Shown: positions 1 to 9,070 of the stretch, one piece after another | How positions within the stretch are numbered: position 1 is the stretch's first letter | Layout: each line of letters begins with the position of its first letter | NCBI GenBank assembly: GCA_016196885.1 | Contig: JACPWU010000012.1 | Coordinates: forward strand, 19,041-51,040 | From: Chlamydiota bacterium | Lineage (GTDB): Bacteria; Auribacterota; JACPWU01 | Length of the DNA stretch: 32,000 nucleotides | Reading direction: 5' to 3' | Position numbers and translations under genes: made by a program | The notes under the pieces: model-generated | The model's input: only the letters and a program-made list of their open reading frames with translations | The model's database searches: none | What the model was told of the DNA's origin: nothing

Positions 1-609
1 CGCGGAGTCGGGTCTCTGGGCCTGGATCCGAACAAATGTGCAAAGCCGCAAATCATTATTATTGTAGATAAGATCACGCTTTATAGCTCGGAAACTTACA
101 GAAGGGGGATGGAGATTATCACGGTGGCCACTCGGCGGAATTTACAGGAGGCTTTGAATCCTCGGATCAAATCTCTGAATTATTTGAATAACATTATGGC
201 AAAAATGGAGGCGATCCATGCAGGCTTCGAAGAGGCCATCATGTTGAATCAGAATGGTTTTGTGGCTGAATGCACCGGAGATAATATTTTTATTGTCAAA
301 GAGGAGAGTTTGGTGACGCCTTCTTTGGAGAATGGTTTTTTGGATGGGATTACGCGACGAACCGTCATGGATTTGGCGGTCGGTAAGGGTCTTCGCGTTG
401 TGGAGAAGACACTTTCGCGGCATGATCTTTATGTGGCGGATGAATGTTTTCTGACAGGAACAGCCGCAGGGGTGGTGCCCGTGGTGAAAATTGATGGTCG
501 AACCATTGGAAGTGGAGAGCCAGGGAAACATACCTTGGAACTTTCAAGGGCCTATGATCAATTGACACAAAAGGAAGGGGTCCCAGTTCCAAGGACAGCA
601 AAGGTATAG
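1..609 (+). CDS. ilvE: Branched-chain / class IV aminotransferase, C-terminal part (5' end is outside the window)
   Basis: Frame 1 is open from base 1 (RGVGSLGLDPNK...) and runs into the listed ORF. It has class IV aminotransferase-like blocks ECTGDNIFIV, LDGITRRTV and CFLTGTAAGVVPV. The stop codon TAG at 607-609 lies inside a repeat element. Confidence 0.8.
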   Translation, partial: RGVGSLGLDPNKCAKPQIIIIVDKITLYSSETYRRGMEIITVATRRNLQEALNPRIKSLNYLNNIMAKMEAIHAGFEEAIMLNQNGFVAECTGDNIFIVKEESLVTPSLENGFLDGITRRTVMDLAVGKGLRVVEKTLSRHDLYVADECFLTGTAAGVVPVVKIDGRTIGSGEPGKHTLELSRAYDQLTQKEGVPVPRTAKV

Positions 610-663
610 TCGCCCCATTTATGGGGCCATGTATGGATTTACCCGATGAATCGGGCGGCTACA
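605..663. repeat. REP-like double-hairpin element, copy 1 (15-nt spacer between the hairpins)
   Basis: Sequence is tatagtcg-ccccatttatgggg-ccatgtatggattta-cccgatgaatcggg-cggctaca. The outer arms tagtcg/cggcta pair with one G-U. Same family as 10828, 23292 and 23482. Confidence 0.8.
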
Positions 664-705
664 AAAGATTGATCGGGGGAGTCTCATTTTTGTTGAGAGG
701 TTTTT

Positions 706-1203
706 ATGTTATGTGAAGTTTGTCATAAGAAACAGGCCACGGTTCATTACACGGAAATTATTCAAAATAAAATGATGAAAATCAATTTGTGTGAACCTTG
801 TGCCAAGGAAAAGGGAATAGATGTTTATTCTAAATTTTCGGTCGCGGATCTCTTAAGCGGGTTGGCGGATTTGGAGGCGGTGGGAGCCTCCATTGAAAAT
901 GAGTCATGTTCGCAGTGCGGGATGAGTTATCGAGAGTTTAAAGAAATTGGGCGATTTGGGTGTGCGCATTGTTATACGACGTTTAACGAATTGTTGAAGC
1001 CCCTCTTTGAGGCGATTCACAAGGCCTCTCGTCATGTGGGAAAAGTTCCGAAGCATTGGTCCAAACATTATTCTGGAGAGGTGGAACTCAAAACTTTAGA
1101 GGATCAATTAGAAAAGGCGATTTCTGGAGAGGCCTTTGAAGAGGCCGCCCGGATTCGGGATCGGATTAAAGAGGTTAAAGAGTCTAAGAGGCATGTGAAA
1201 TGA
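706..1203 (+). CDS. mcsA: McsA-like protein-arginine kinase activator (zinc-binding CxxC pairs plus a UVR motif)
   Basis: Four Cys pairs (CEVC, CEPC, CSQC, CAHC) and a C-terminal UVR-like helix (GEAFEEAARIRDRIKEV). Its stop overlaps the mcsB start as ATGA. A GAGAGG Shine-Dalgarno motif lies upstream. Confidence 0.8.
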   Translation: MLCEVCHKKQATVHYTEIIQNKMMKINLCEPCAKEKGIDVYSKFSVADLLSGLADLEAVGASIENESCSQCGMSYREFKEIGRFGCAHCYTTFNELLKPLFEAIHKASRHVGKVPKHWSKHYSGEVELKTLEDQLEKAISGEAFEEAARIRDRIKEVKESKRHVK

Positions 1204-2261
1204 TTGACATTGATACGATGATCAGCAAAACGGCGGCATGGCTCGAGGGCAAGGGGCCTGAATCCGATATTGTGATTTCGAGCCGGGTGAGGCTGGCGAG
1301 AAATGTGGTGGGCTTCCCTTTCTCGCATTGGGCCACTGAAGATGAAATGGAGGATTTGCTCAACACGGTGGAAGAAGCCATTCAAAAAAATCCGCCTTCA
1401 GAAAAATATCTTTTCCTGCGGTTTACAGACTTAACCGACATTGAGAGAAAAATTTTACTTGAGCGCCATTTGGTGAGCCGTGAGCATATTCAATCCAAAC
1501 TCAATCGGGCTGTCGCGATTGGAAATGATGAACAGGTGAGCATCATGATCAATGAAGAAGATCATTTAAGGGTTCAAGTGCTCACATCGGGATTTCAGTT
1601 GAATAATGCGTTAAAGCTCGTTAATCACGTGGATGACCTTTTAGAGAATGATTTGGAATATGCCTATTCGCCTTATTTTGGATATTTGACGGCCTGCCCA
1701 ACCAATGTGGGGACAGGCATTCGGGCGTCTGTGATGATTCATTTGCCCGGGCTGGTGTTACAGCGCCAAATAGATCAGGTGCTTCAGGCGATTACCAAGT
1801 TGGGTCTCACCGTGCGGGGTTGGTACGGAGAAGGGTCAGAGGCCTCCGGAAATCTTTTTCAAATTTCAAATCAAACCACCTTGGGGAAAAAAGAGGAAGA
1901 AATTGTTGAGAAGTTGGCGAAGATTATTCAACAAGTGGTGGAGCATGAGAGGAGCGCTCGTAAGATATTGGTAAAGAAGGACTTATCAAAGATACGGGAC
2001 CGGATTGGGAGAGCCTTTGGAATTTTAAAATATGCGCATCAAATCAGCTCGGGTGAGACGATGAATCTTTTGAGTGCCTTGAGAACGGGCATTGAGTTAG
2101 GTGTGCTTAAGGGTGTGGACATTAAGATCATAAATGAGCTTTTTTTGCTGACTCAGCCGGCCCATGTTCAGAAAATTCTTGGGAAAAAATTGTCTCAGAA
2201 AGATCGGGACGAGAAGAGGGCAGATTTAATTCGGAAGCTGTTAAGGGATGAAAGTTTATAA
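1200..2261 (+). CDS. mcsB: Protein arginine kinase (ATP:guanido phosphotransferase family)
   Basis: Guanidino-kinase signature CPTNVGTGIRASV, length 353 aa, and a position between mcsA and clpC. Confidence 0.9.
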   Translation: MIDIDTMISKTAAWLEGKGPESDIVISSRVRLARNVVGFPFSHWATEDEMEDLLNTVEEAIQKNPPSEKYLFLRFTDLTDIERKILLERHLVSREHIQSKLNRAVAIGNDEQVSIMINEEDHLRVQVLTSGFQLNNALKLVNHVDDLLENDLEYAYSPYFGYLTACPTNVGTGIRASVMIHLPGLVLQRQIDQVLQAITKLGLTVRGWYGEGSEASGNLFQISNQTTLGKKEEEIVEKLAKIIQQVVEHERSARKILVKKDLSKIRDRIGRAFGILKYAHQISSGETMNLLSALRTGIELGVLKGVDIKIINELFLLTQPAHVQKILGKKLSQKDRDEKRADLIRKLLRDESL

Positions 2262-2272
2262 AGTTCATACGA

Positions 2273-2348
2273 AGGTTCAAAAGTTCAAAGGTTTAAAGGT
2301 TCAAAGGAAAAAACTCCAAACCACATCAACTTTTGAACCTTTTTTTTA
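2273..2348 (+). terminator. Hairpin plus T8 tract after mcsB, built from tandem 8-mers
   Basis: aggttcaaaagt (2273-2284) is the perfect reverse complement of acttttgaacct (2329-2340), followed by tttttttt. The 5' side is the tandem array ggttcaaa/agttcaaa/ggtttaaa/ggttcaaa. Confidence 0.5.
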
Positions 2349-2395
2349 AGTATGTGTTATGATATTTCCTAAAGATAGTATAAGGGGAATTTTAC

Positions 2396-4825
2396 ATGTT
2401 TGAGAAGTTTACGGATCGAGCAAGACAGGTGATTATTCTGGCGAGGAAAGAGGCAGATCGCTTTAATCACAATTATATTGGGACGGAACATATTCTGCTG
2501 GGCCTCATTAAATTAGGAGAAGGGGTGGCGGTGAATGTGCTTCGCAAAATGGGTTTGGATTTTGAGACGGTCCGCATGGAGGTGGAGCGGGCGGTGGGAA
2601 CGGGGCCCGAGACCAAAATGATTGGCGATATTCCTCTGACTGCTCGGGCGAAACGTGTCATTGAGCTTGCTTTGGATGAGGCAAAAAAATTAAGCCATAC
2701 CTATATTGGGACAGAGCATTTGCTCTTAGGCCTTCTGAGAGAAGGGGAAGGTGTGGCCGCAAAGATTTTGCAAAGTTTGAATGTGGATATTGAGGCGACG
2801 CGTGCTGAGGTTTTGAAGGAATTGGGCACGGAGTTTTCCGGCAAAGGAGAAATGCCGGAGGCCCCCGAAGAAAATGTTCGAAGCCCTGCGCTTTCCGCTT
2901 TTGGCCGCGATTTAACAGAGTTGGCCAAGCAAGACAAGCTTGATCCTGTGATTGGCCGCGCGGATGAAATCGAACGCGTGGTGCAAATTCTTTGCCGCCG
3001 CCGTAAGAATAACCCCGTTCTTTTGGGGGAGGCGGGCGTTGGAAAGACGGCCATTGTCGAAGGGCTTGCCCAGAAAATCATTTCTGGGGATATTCCTGAA
3101 AATTTGCTTGATAAAAAAATTGTGACTTTGGATTTGGCCTTGATGGTGGCGGGAACCAAATACCGCGGCCAATTCGAGGAACGGATTAAAGCGGTCATGA
3201 AGGAGATTAAAAATTCTCAGAGCGTCATTCTTTTCATTGATGAACTGCACACCATTGTAGGAGCAGGGGCGGCGGAGGGAGCCATTGACGCCTCCAATAT
3301 TTTGAAGCCGGCCTTGGCTCGTGGTGAGCTTCAATGCATTGGCGCTACGACCTTGGATGAATATCGAAAGTATATTGAAAAGGATGCCGCTTTGGAACGC
3401 CGATTTCAAACCGTGATGGTGGATCCTCCTTCGGTGGACGAGACCATCGAGATTTTGAAAGGGCTGAGGCACAAATATGAATCCTACCATAAGGCCGTTA
3501 TAACAGACACGGCGCTAGAGTCTGCCGCCCGTCTTTCGGACCGCTATGTGACGGGGCGTTTTCTTCCTGACAAGGCGATTGATTTGATTGATGAAGCCTC
3601 CGCCCGCGTGCGCATTCAGGCGGTGACGGAGCCCACGGCCCTTAAGGGGATTAAGGATGAGATGCGCAAGGTGAAGACGAAGAAAGAGGCCTCTGTACGT
3701 GAGCAGGATTTTGAAAAGGCGGCTCGTTTCAGGGATGAGGAGCGCATGATGCGCTTTAAATTGGAAGAGGCACTCACGGATTGGAAGCAGCAGAAGACGG
3801 AGAGCAAGGTCGTTGTGACGGAGGAGGACATTGCCCAGATTGTGGCCAAGTGGACGGGGATTCCGGTTTCAAGGATTGAGGAAGCTGAGACAGAAAAACT
3901 CCTCAAGATGGAAGAGGGTATTCACAAGCGTGTGGTGGGGCAGGATGAGGCAGTGAAGGCAGCATGCCGAGCCGTTCGTCGTTCTAGAGCGGATTTAAAG
4001 GATCCCAGGCGGCCGATTGGATCTTTTGTTTTCTTGGGGCCGACGGGCGTTGGAAAAACCCTTTTGGCCAAGGCCTTGGCCGAATTCATGTTTGACGATG
4101 AAGAGGCCATGATTCAAATTGACATGTCGGAGTACATGGAAAAATTCGCAATCTCTCGTTTGACGGGATCTCCCCCCGGCTATGTGGGTTACGAAGAAGG
4201 GGGACAATTGACGGAGCAAGTTCGCCGCCGGCCTTATTCTGTCATTCTCTTTGATGAAATGGAAAAGGCGCATCCGGATGTCATCAATGTGCTCCTTCAA
4301 ATTTTAGAAGAGGGAAAATTGACAGATAGCCTGGGAAGAGTCGTGGATTTCAGAAACACAATTTTAATCATGACATCGAATATTGGCGCTGACCTGATTC
4401 GCAAGCGATCTACTGTGGGATTCCATGAGGAGTCCCGTGAGGCCAAGTACGATGAAATGCGTGATAAATTGATGGGGGAGCTTAAAAAAACGCTCAAGCC
4501 AGAGTTTTTGAATCGCATTGACGAGGTGATTGTGTTCCACTCTTTATCACGGGAGGATTTGTCTAAAATTGTCGGGTTTGAGATTCAGAAGGTTCGGGAC
4601 CGTCTTACGACCAAAGGTTATGGACTAGAAATTGCCGAAAAGGCCCAGGAATTTCTGATCGACAAAGGTTTTGATCCAGTTTATGGGGCTCGCCCCTTGC
4701 GCCGGGCGATTCAAAGATACATTGAAGACCCGGTGTCCGAAGAACTTTTAAAGAAAAAAATGACGGCGGGCCAAAAGTTGAGCGTTGGTTTTGAAACCGA
4801 TCATCTGACGTATCAATGGATTTAA
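2396..4825 (+). CDS. clpC: ATP-dependent Clp protease ATP-binding subunit ClpC (class I AAA+ with two nucleotide-binding domains)
   Basis: Duplicated Clp_N repeats (GTEHILLGL / GTEHLLLGL), Walker A motifs GEAGVGKT and GPTGVGKT, a UVR-like middle region ([14 protein letters not shown]), 809 aa, and an AAGGGGA Shine-Dalgarno motif. Confidence 0.93.
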   Translation: MFEKFTDRARQVIILARKEADRFNHNYIGTEHILLGLIKLGEGVAVNVLRKMGLDFETVRMEVERAVGTGPETKMIGDIPLTARAKRVIELALDEAKKLSHTYIGTEHLLLGLLREGEGVAAKILQSLNVDIEATRAEVLKELGTEFSGKGEMPEAPEENVRSPALSAFGRDLTELAKQDKLDPVIGRADEIERVVQILCRRRKNNPVLLGEAGVGKTAIVEGLAQKIISGDIPENLLDKKIVTLDLALMVAGTKYRGQFEERIKAVMKEIKNSQSVILFIDELHTIVGAGAAEGAIDASNILKPALARGELQCIGATTLDEYRKYIEKDAALERRFQTVMVDPPSVDETIEILKGLRHKYESYHKAVITDTALESAARLSDRYVTGRFLPDKAIDLIDEASARVRIQAVTEPTALKGIKDEMRKVKTKKEASVREQDFEKAARFRDEERMMRFKLEEALTDWKQQKTESKVVVTEEDIAQIVAKWTGIPVSRIEEAETEKLLKMEEGIHKRVVGQDEAVKAACRAVRRSRADLKDPRRPIGSFVFLGPTGVGKTLLAKALAEFMFDDEEAMIQIDMSEYMEKFAISRLTGSPPGYVGYEEGGQLTEQVRRRPYSVILFDEMEKAHPDVINVLLQILEEGKLTDSLGRVVDFRNTILIMTSNIGADLIRKRSTVGFHEESREAKYDEMRDKLMGELKKTLKPEFLNRIDEVIVFHSLSREDLSKIVGFEIQKVRDRLTTKGYGLEIAEKAQEFLIDKGFDPVYGARPLRRAIQRYIEDPVSEELLKKKMTAGQKLSVGFETDHLTYQWI

Positions 4826-4852
4826 GTCTTGGATTTTTTTGGCGGCGAGAGA

Positions 4853-4892
4853 AGCAAGAAACGGGGGGGAAGGACGTCGTTTCTTGCTTTTT
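4853..4892 (+). terminator. Rho-independent terminator after clpC
   Basis: agcaagaaacg (4853-4863) pairs with cgtttcttgct (4878-4888), with a G-rich loop, followed by a T-run. Confidence 0.7.
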
Positions 4893-4905
4893 GTGTTTAT
4901 GAAAT

Positions 4906-5739
4906 ATGAGTCTGATCAGCGCTTGTTTTTGTAATGGTTCAAAAATGAATTCTACACCAGAATTGAGCCTTAGAAATTTTTTAAGCGATATAGGCCGTTC
5001 TACCATAGATGGCCTCTATCAATTGGGCGGGATTACGATTCTTTTCCTCCAGACGACAAGCCGCCTTTTTTCAAGGCTTTCCTGGCGCGTCCTTTTTGTC
5101 AAGCAATGTTATCAATGTGGTGTTTTGTCCCTTCCAGTGGTTTTACTCACCGGGGCTTTTACAGGAATGGTGCTTGCGGTGCAATCTTATTATCAATTTC
5201 ATCAGATCACCATGGATACGGCCATCGGAATTTTGGTAGGGCTTTCTATGACGCGGGAATTAGGTCCTGTGCTGACAGCAGTGATGGTCGCGGGCCGTGT
5301 AGGGGCTGCGATGGCTGCAGAGCTTGGGACCATGCGGGTGACAGAGCAGATTGATGCGCTTCGCACCCTGGCGACGGATCCGGTGAGTTATCTTATTGTG
5401 CCGAGATTTTTGGCCTGCATGGTCGTGGTTCCGATTCTCACAACCTTTGCCATCTTTGTCGGGATTTTGGGCGGTTACGTGGTGGGAGTGAAAATGCTTC
5501 ACATCAATCACACCTTTTTTATTCAGAACATGGTGGACTACACCAAGGTATCGGATTTGATGAGCGGCCTTACCAAATCGGTCGTTTTTGGAGTTTTGGT
5601 GGCCATCATCAGTTGTTACAAAGGTTTTTTTGCTGAAAATGGAGCCGAAGGCGTTGGCATTGCGACCACTGAGGCAGTGGTGTATTCCTGCATTTCTATT
5701 TTGGTTTCGGATTTCTTTTTGTCGATTGTTTTGTTTTAA
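4906..5739 (+). CDS. mlaE: MlaE-type ABC transporter permease (phospholipid / outer-membrane lipid asymmetry system)
   Basis: Multi-pass hydrophobic protein with MlaE/Ttg2B-like blocks (ELGPVLTAVMVAGRVGAAMAAELGTMRVTEQIDAL). An ABC ATPase and an MCE protein follow it. An alternative start at ATG 4945 is equally plausible. Confidence 0.85.
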   Translation: MSLISACFCNGSKMNSTPELSLRNFLSDIGRSTIDGLYQLGGITILFLQTTSRLFSRLSWRVLFVKQCYQCGVLSLPVVLLTGAFTGMVLAVQSYYQFHQITMDTAIGILVGLSMTRELGPVLTAVMVAGRVGAAMAAELGTMRVTEQIDALRTLATDPVSYLIVPRFLACMVVVPILTTFAIFVGILGGYVVGVKMLHINHTFFIQNMVDYTKVSDLMSGLTKSVVFGVLVAIISCYKGFFAENGAEGVGIATTEAVVYSCISILVSDFFLSIVLF

Positions 5740-5757
5740 AGGAAGTAACCCCCCGTT

Positions 5758-5778
5758 CCCCCCTTATTCTAAGGGGGG
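5758..5778 (+). other. Stable GC hairpin in the mlaE-mlaF spacer
   Basis: cccccctta (5758-5766) pairs with taagggggg (5770-5778) around a 3-nt loop. No U tract follows. Confidence 0.4.
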
Positions 5779-5792
5779 AGGGGCGAGATGAT

Positions 5793-6554
5793 ATGGAAAA
5801 CGGCTATTTAATTCAAATTGAAGGATTGACCAAGAGTTTCAGGGACACCCCTGTTTTGACCGGATTGAATTTGGATATTCATCGCGGTGAAACGCTGGTG
5901 ATTATTGGTCAAAGCGGTGAGGGAAAGAGTGTTCTTCTCAAGCATATCATCGGTCTTTTGAAACCAGATTCGGGGCGTATTTTGATTGACGGGAGGGACA
6001 TTGTTCCCATGTCCGAGAGGGATTTAAATGATGTTCGCAAGCGCTTTGGCTTTCTTTTTCAAGGGGCCGCTCTTTTTGATTCGCTAACGGTGGGAGAAAA
6101 TGTGTCCTTCGGTTTGACGGAGCACACACGATTTCACCCTGATGAGATTCGGGAAAAGATCAAGGAACTTCTCTCGTGGGTGGGATTGGGAGGCGTTGAA
6201 GATATGAAGCCTGCGGAATTATCCGGTGGAATGAGGAAGCGGGTGGGATTGGCCCGTGCCATTGCGATGGATCCCGAAATCATTCTTTATGATGAACCCA
6301 CGACGGGGATTGATCCCATCATGGGAGATGCGATCAACGATTTGATTTTGAAGCTTAGCGCTCAACTTCATTCTACTTCTATCGCTGTGACGCATGACAT
6401 GGCGAGCGCGTTTAAGATTGCTGATCGTATTGCAATGTTATATGATGGGAAAATCATAGAGGTTGGAACTCCAGAAAACATCAGAACTTCCCAAAATGAG
6501 TTTGTGCAGCAATTTATTACAGGCAGGGCGAAGGGGCCGATTACGAAAAATTGA
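5793..6554 (+). CDS. mlaF: MlaF-type ABC transporter ATP-binding protein
   Basis: Walker A GQSGEGKS, ABC signature LSGGMRKR and Walker B ILYDEPT. It is flanked by the permease and the MCE protein. Confidence 0.87.
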   Translation: MENGYLIQIEGLTKSFRDTPVLTGLNLDIHRGETLVIIGQSGEGKSVLLKHIIGLLKPDSGRILIDGRDIVPMSERDLNDVRKRFGFLFQGAALFDSLTVGENVSFGLTEHTRFHPDEIREKIKELLSWVGLGGVEDMKPAELSGGMRKRVGLARAIAMDPEIILYDEPTTGIDPIMGDAINDLILKLSAQLHSTSIAVTHDMASAFKIADRIAMLYDGKIIEVGTPENIRTSQNEFVQQFITGRAKGPITKN

Positions 6555-6592
6555 CAGACTGCTGAAAAAACTTTAAGACCAGGAAAATCAAC

Positions 6593-7561
6593 ATGGTGAC
6601 AGGAAAATCTAAAATTGAAATTCGCGTAGGTCTCTTTGTTTTTCTGGGTCTCTCGTCCCTATGTGCCATGATTATCATGTTTGGTTTTCGAAATGCAAAG
6701 CTGATTCACAACACCTATCGTTTGACCGCGGTCTTCAGCTTTACCAATGGCGTTGTGACAGGGGCCCCCGTCCGTTTTGCAGGCGTGGATGTGGGCAAGG
6801 TCAATGCAATCGAATTTGCCCATGATCAAACGAATGATGTTTATCTTCACATGGACATTCAAAAAGGGATTATCATTCGCCAGGATGCCCGGTTGATTAT
6901 CAACTCGTTAGGGATTATGGGGGAAAAGTATTTAGAATTTATTCCGAAGACCAATACGGCTGAAGCGTATGTCGCCTGGGATAAGATTCGTGGAGAAGAT
7001 CCTTTGGCGTTGAATGATGTGGTGACAGAGGCCCTGAAATTGGTAGGTGATTTTAGAACGGCGGTGAAAGATATTCTGGATGATCGGACCAAAGAAAACA
7101 TTCGGGAGACACTTCAGAATTTGAGAAATTTAACCGACGAGGAAACGGAGCGGGCCTTGACACAATCTCTCAAGAATATTGCCCGTCTAACGGGGCGCGA
7201 AACGCGTCATAAACTTCGCTCTTCCTTTGATGAGTTTGGCCAAACCTCTTCTTCCATCCGGACGCTTGTAGACTCTAACCGTGAGGAAATCAAACAGATT
7301 GTCACCCATTGGGCCAAAATCTCAGACGCCTTGGAAACCATTTCTCAAAGCATCAAGGATTCAAAAGGGACATTGGGGCTTTTAATTTCAAATCCTACCA
7401 TTCATGATTCGCTTCACGATACCTTGGACAATATCAATCAATGGGTGACGACGATTCGAAGGCATGGCCTCCTTTATAAGGAAAAGGATTTGGACAAGGG
7501 TCCTTCTCAAGCTGGCACCTCAGAAAATAACAAGGGGTATTTTTTTAGAAGAAGAAGTTAA
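6593..7561 (+). CDS. mlaD: MlaD-like MCE-domain protein with a long helical C-terminal extension
   Basis: N-terminal TM helix (VGLFVFLGLSSLCAMIIMFGF), an MCE-like core (FTNGVVTGAPVRFAGVDVGKV) and operon context. Confidence 0.8.
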   Translation: MVTGKSKIEIRVGLFVFLGLSSLCAMIIMFGFRNAKLIHNTYRLTAVFSFTNGVVTGAPVRFAGVDVGKVNAIEFAHDQTNDVYLHMDIQKGIIIRQDARLIINSLGIMGEKYLEFIPKTNTAEAYVAWDKIRGEDPLALNDVVTEALKLVGDFRTAVKDILDDRTKENIRETLQNLRNLTDEETERALTQSLKNIARLTGRETRHKLRSSFDEFGQTSSSIRTLVDSNREEIKQIVTHWAKISDALETISQSIKDSKGTLGLLISNPTIHDSLHDTLDNINQWVTTIRRHGLLYKEKDLDKGPSQAGTSENNKGYFFRRRS

Positions 7562-7565
7562 AGAC

Positions 7566-7700
7566 AAGCACGAAATTCAAAGTACGAAGCACTAAACAAA
7601 TTCAAAATTCAAATATCTAAATCATCAAAACGTTTAGAATTTTGAATTTGGGTTTTTGAGTTTGTTTCGAATTTCGGATTTCGTGCTTCGAATTTAGCTT
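7566..7700. repeat. Long imperfect-palindrome (hairpin) element, copy 1
   Basis: The 88-nt core 7589-7676 is 86/88 identical to 17094-17181. caaattcaaaattc pairs perfectly with gaattttgaatttg, and the outer arms cgaagcac/gtgcttcg also pair. Confidence 0.85.
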
Positions 7701-7708
7701 TTAAAACT

Positions 7709-9070
7709 ATGCCACAAATCACCACACGCTACGTTTGTCAATCCTGCGGGGCTTTCTTTCGCCAATGGCTAGGGAAATGCTCCACGTGCGAGGAGTGGGG
7801 GAGCCTTCAAGAAGAGAATGCTCCCGCAAATTTCTCTAAATTAAAAATCTCTCGCGTTCCTTCCGATTCAAAACCTGTTCGAGTCTCAGAGATTTCCATG
7901 GAAGAGATGGCTCGGACTTCTTCTGGAATTCAGGAGTTGGACCGCGTCTTGGGGGGTGGGATTCTTCCAGGTTCATTGGTTTTGGTGGGCGGAGAGCCAG
8001 GAATTGGAAAATCTACTTTGCTTCTTCAAATGGCAGGGAGCTATTCCAGAGAGAAAGGCAAGGCCCTTTATGTATCGGCAGAGGAATCTCTGACCCAATT
8101 GAAGCACCGTGCCCAAAGAGTGGGCATCGCCTCCGAAAATCTTTTTCTCCTTGCCCAGTCAGATGTTTCCCGTGTGGAAACTTTCATTTCAGAGCTTTCT
8201 CCGAGCCTGCTTGTCATTGATTCCATCCAAATGGTTTTTCATCCAGAGTTGGAATCAGAGCCCGGGAGTTTGATTCAGGTGCGGGGCTCTGCGGCCCGAT
8301 TCATGGAAATAGCCAAAAAAACTTCGATTCCCATTTTTTTGGTGGGGCATGTGACCAAGGATGGAACCATCGCGGGACCCAGGATTTTAGAGCATTTGGT
8401 AGATACGGTCCTTTATTTCGAGGGTGAAAAATGGATGTCTTATCGCGTGCTTCGCTCGGTGAAGAATCGTTTTGGAACGGTGGACGAAGTTGGAATTTTT
8501 AAGATGGAAGAGACGGGTTTGGAGGAAGTGAAACATCCTTCCGAAATTTTTCTAGAAGAAAAGCGTTCTGGAATGAGTGGCTCCGTCATCGTTTCTTCTT
8601 TGGAGGGAACCCGACCCCTCTTTCTTGAGATTCAGGCGTTGGTGAGTAATACCAAACAGGGATTTCCGGTTCGGCGTTCGTCAGGAATTGATTTAAATCG
8701 CATGGGACTTCTTTTGGCCGTTTTGGAAAAGCGTGCCAAAATTCGTTTGGAAGGTTGTGATGTTTTTGTCAATGTCGCAGGTGGAATGAAAATTGTGGAG
8801 CCCGCGGCTGATTTAGGAGTGGCGATGGCGATTGTTTCGGCCACTTCAAATATCCCTGTTCACGATAAAACCGTTTTCGTTGGAGAAGTGGGTCTGGGGG
8901 GAGAAATCCGCACAACAAGAGGTCTTTCGCGAAGAATTTCGGAGGCTCGGAATTTGGGCTTTCAAGTTTGCGTCATTCCTGAAACTCGAGAAAAATTAGA
9001 TACCCATGGAATCGAAATTCTTGCCGTCAAAACCATTTTGGATGTGGTAGAAAGATTTTTCAAGGGATGA
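7709..9070 (+). CDS. radA: DNA repair protein RadA (Sms)
   Basis: N-terminal C4 zinc finger (CQSCG...CSTC), Walker A GEPGIGKST, the KNRFG motif and a Lon-like C-terminal domain. Confidence 0.95.
   Translation: MPQITTRYVCQSCGAFFRQWLGKCSTCEEWGSLQEENAPANFSKLKISRVPSDSKPVRVSEISMEEMARTSSGIQELDRVLGGGILPGSLVLVGGEPGIGKSTLLLQMAGSYSREKGKALYVSAEESLTQLKHRAQRVGIASENLFLLAQSDVSRVETFISELSPSLLVIDSIQMVFHPELESEPGSLIQVRGSAARFMEIAKKTSIPIFLVGHVTKDGTIAGPRILEHLVDTVLYFEGEKWMSYRVLRSVKNRFGTVDEVGIFKMEETGLEEVKHPSEIFLEEKRSGMSGSVIVSSLEGTRPLFLEIQALVSNTKQGFPVRRSSGIDLNRMGLLLAVLEKRAKIRLEGCDVFVNVAGGMKIVEPAADLGVAMAIVSATSNIPVHDKTVFVGEVGLGGEIRTTRGLSRRISEARNLGFQVCVIPETREKLDTHGIEILAVKTILDVVERFFKG

Noticed and set aside
2273-2310. 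CtsR operator upstream of clpC
   Set aside because: The repeat unit is GGTTCAAA with 8-bp phasing, not the GGTCAAA-N3-GGTCAAA operator. No ctsR gene lies next to mcsA. Similar octamer arrays occur in unrelated spacers.
2701-3490. Long antisense ORFs (165 aa and 192 aa) inside clpC, and similar ones inside gltX, metG and tmk
   Set aside because: They lie antisense to strongly supported conserved genes and have low-complexity Ser/Arg/Pro-rich sequences. They are typical shadow ORFs.
5758-5778. Terminator between mlaE and mlaF
   Set aside because: The 9-bp GC hairpin is not followed by a U tract, and mlaF starts 15 nt later. It is more likely an mRNA stability or coupling element within one operon, so I list it only as a hairpin.
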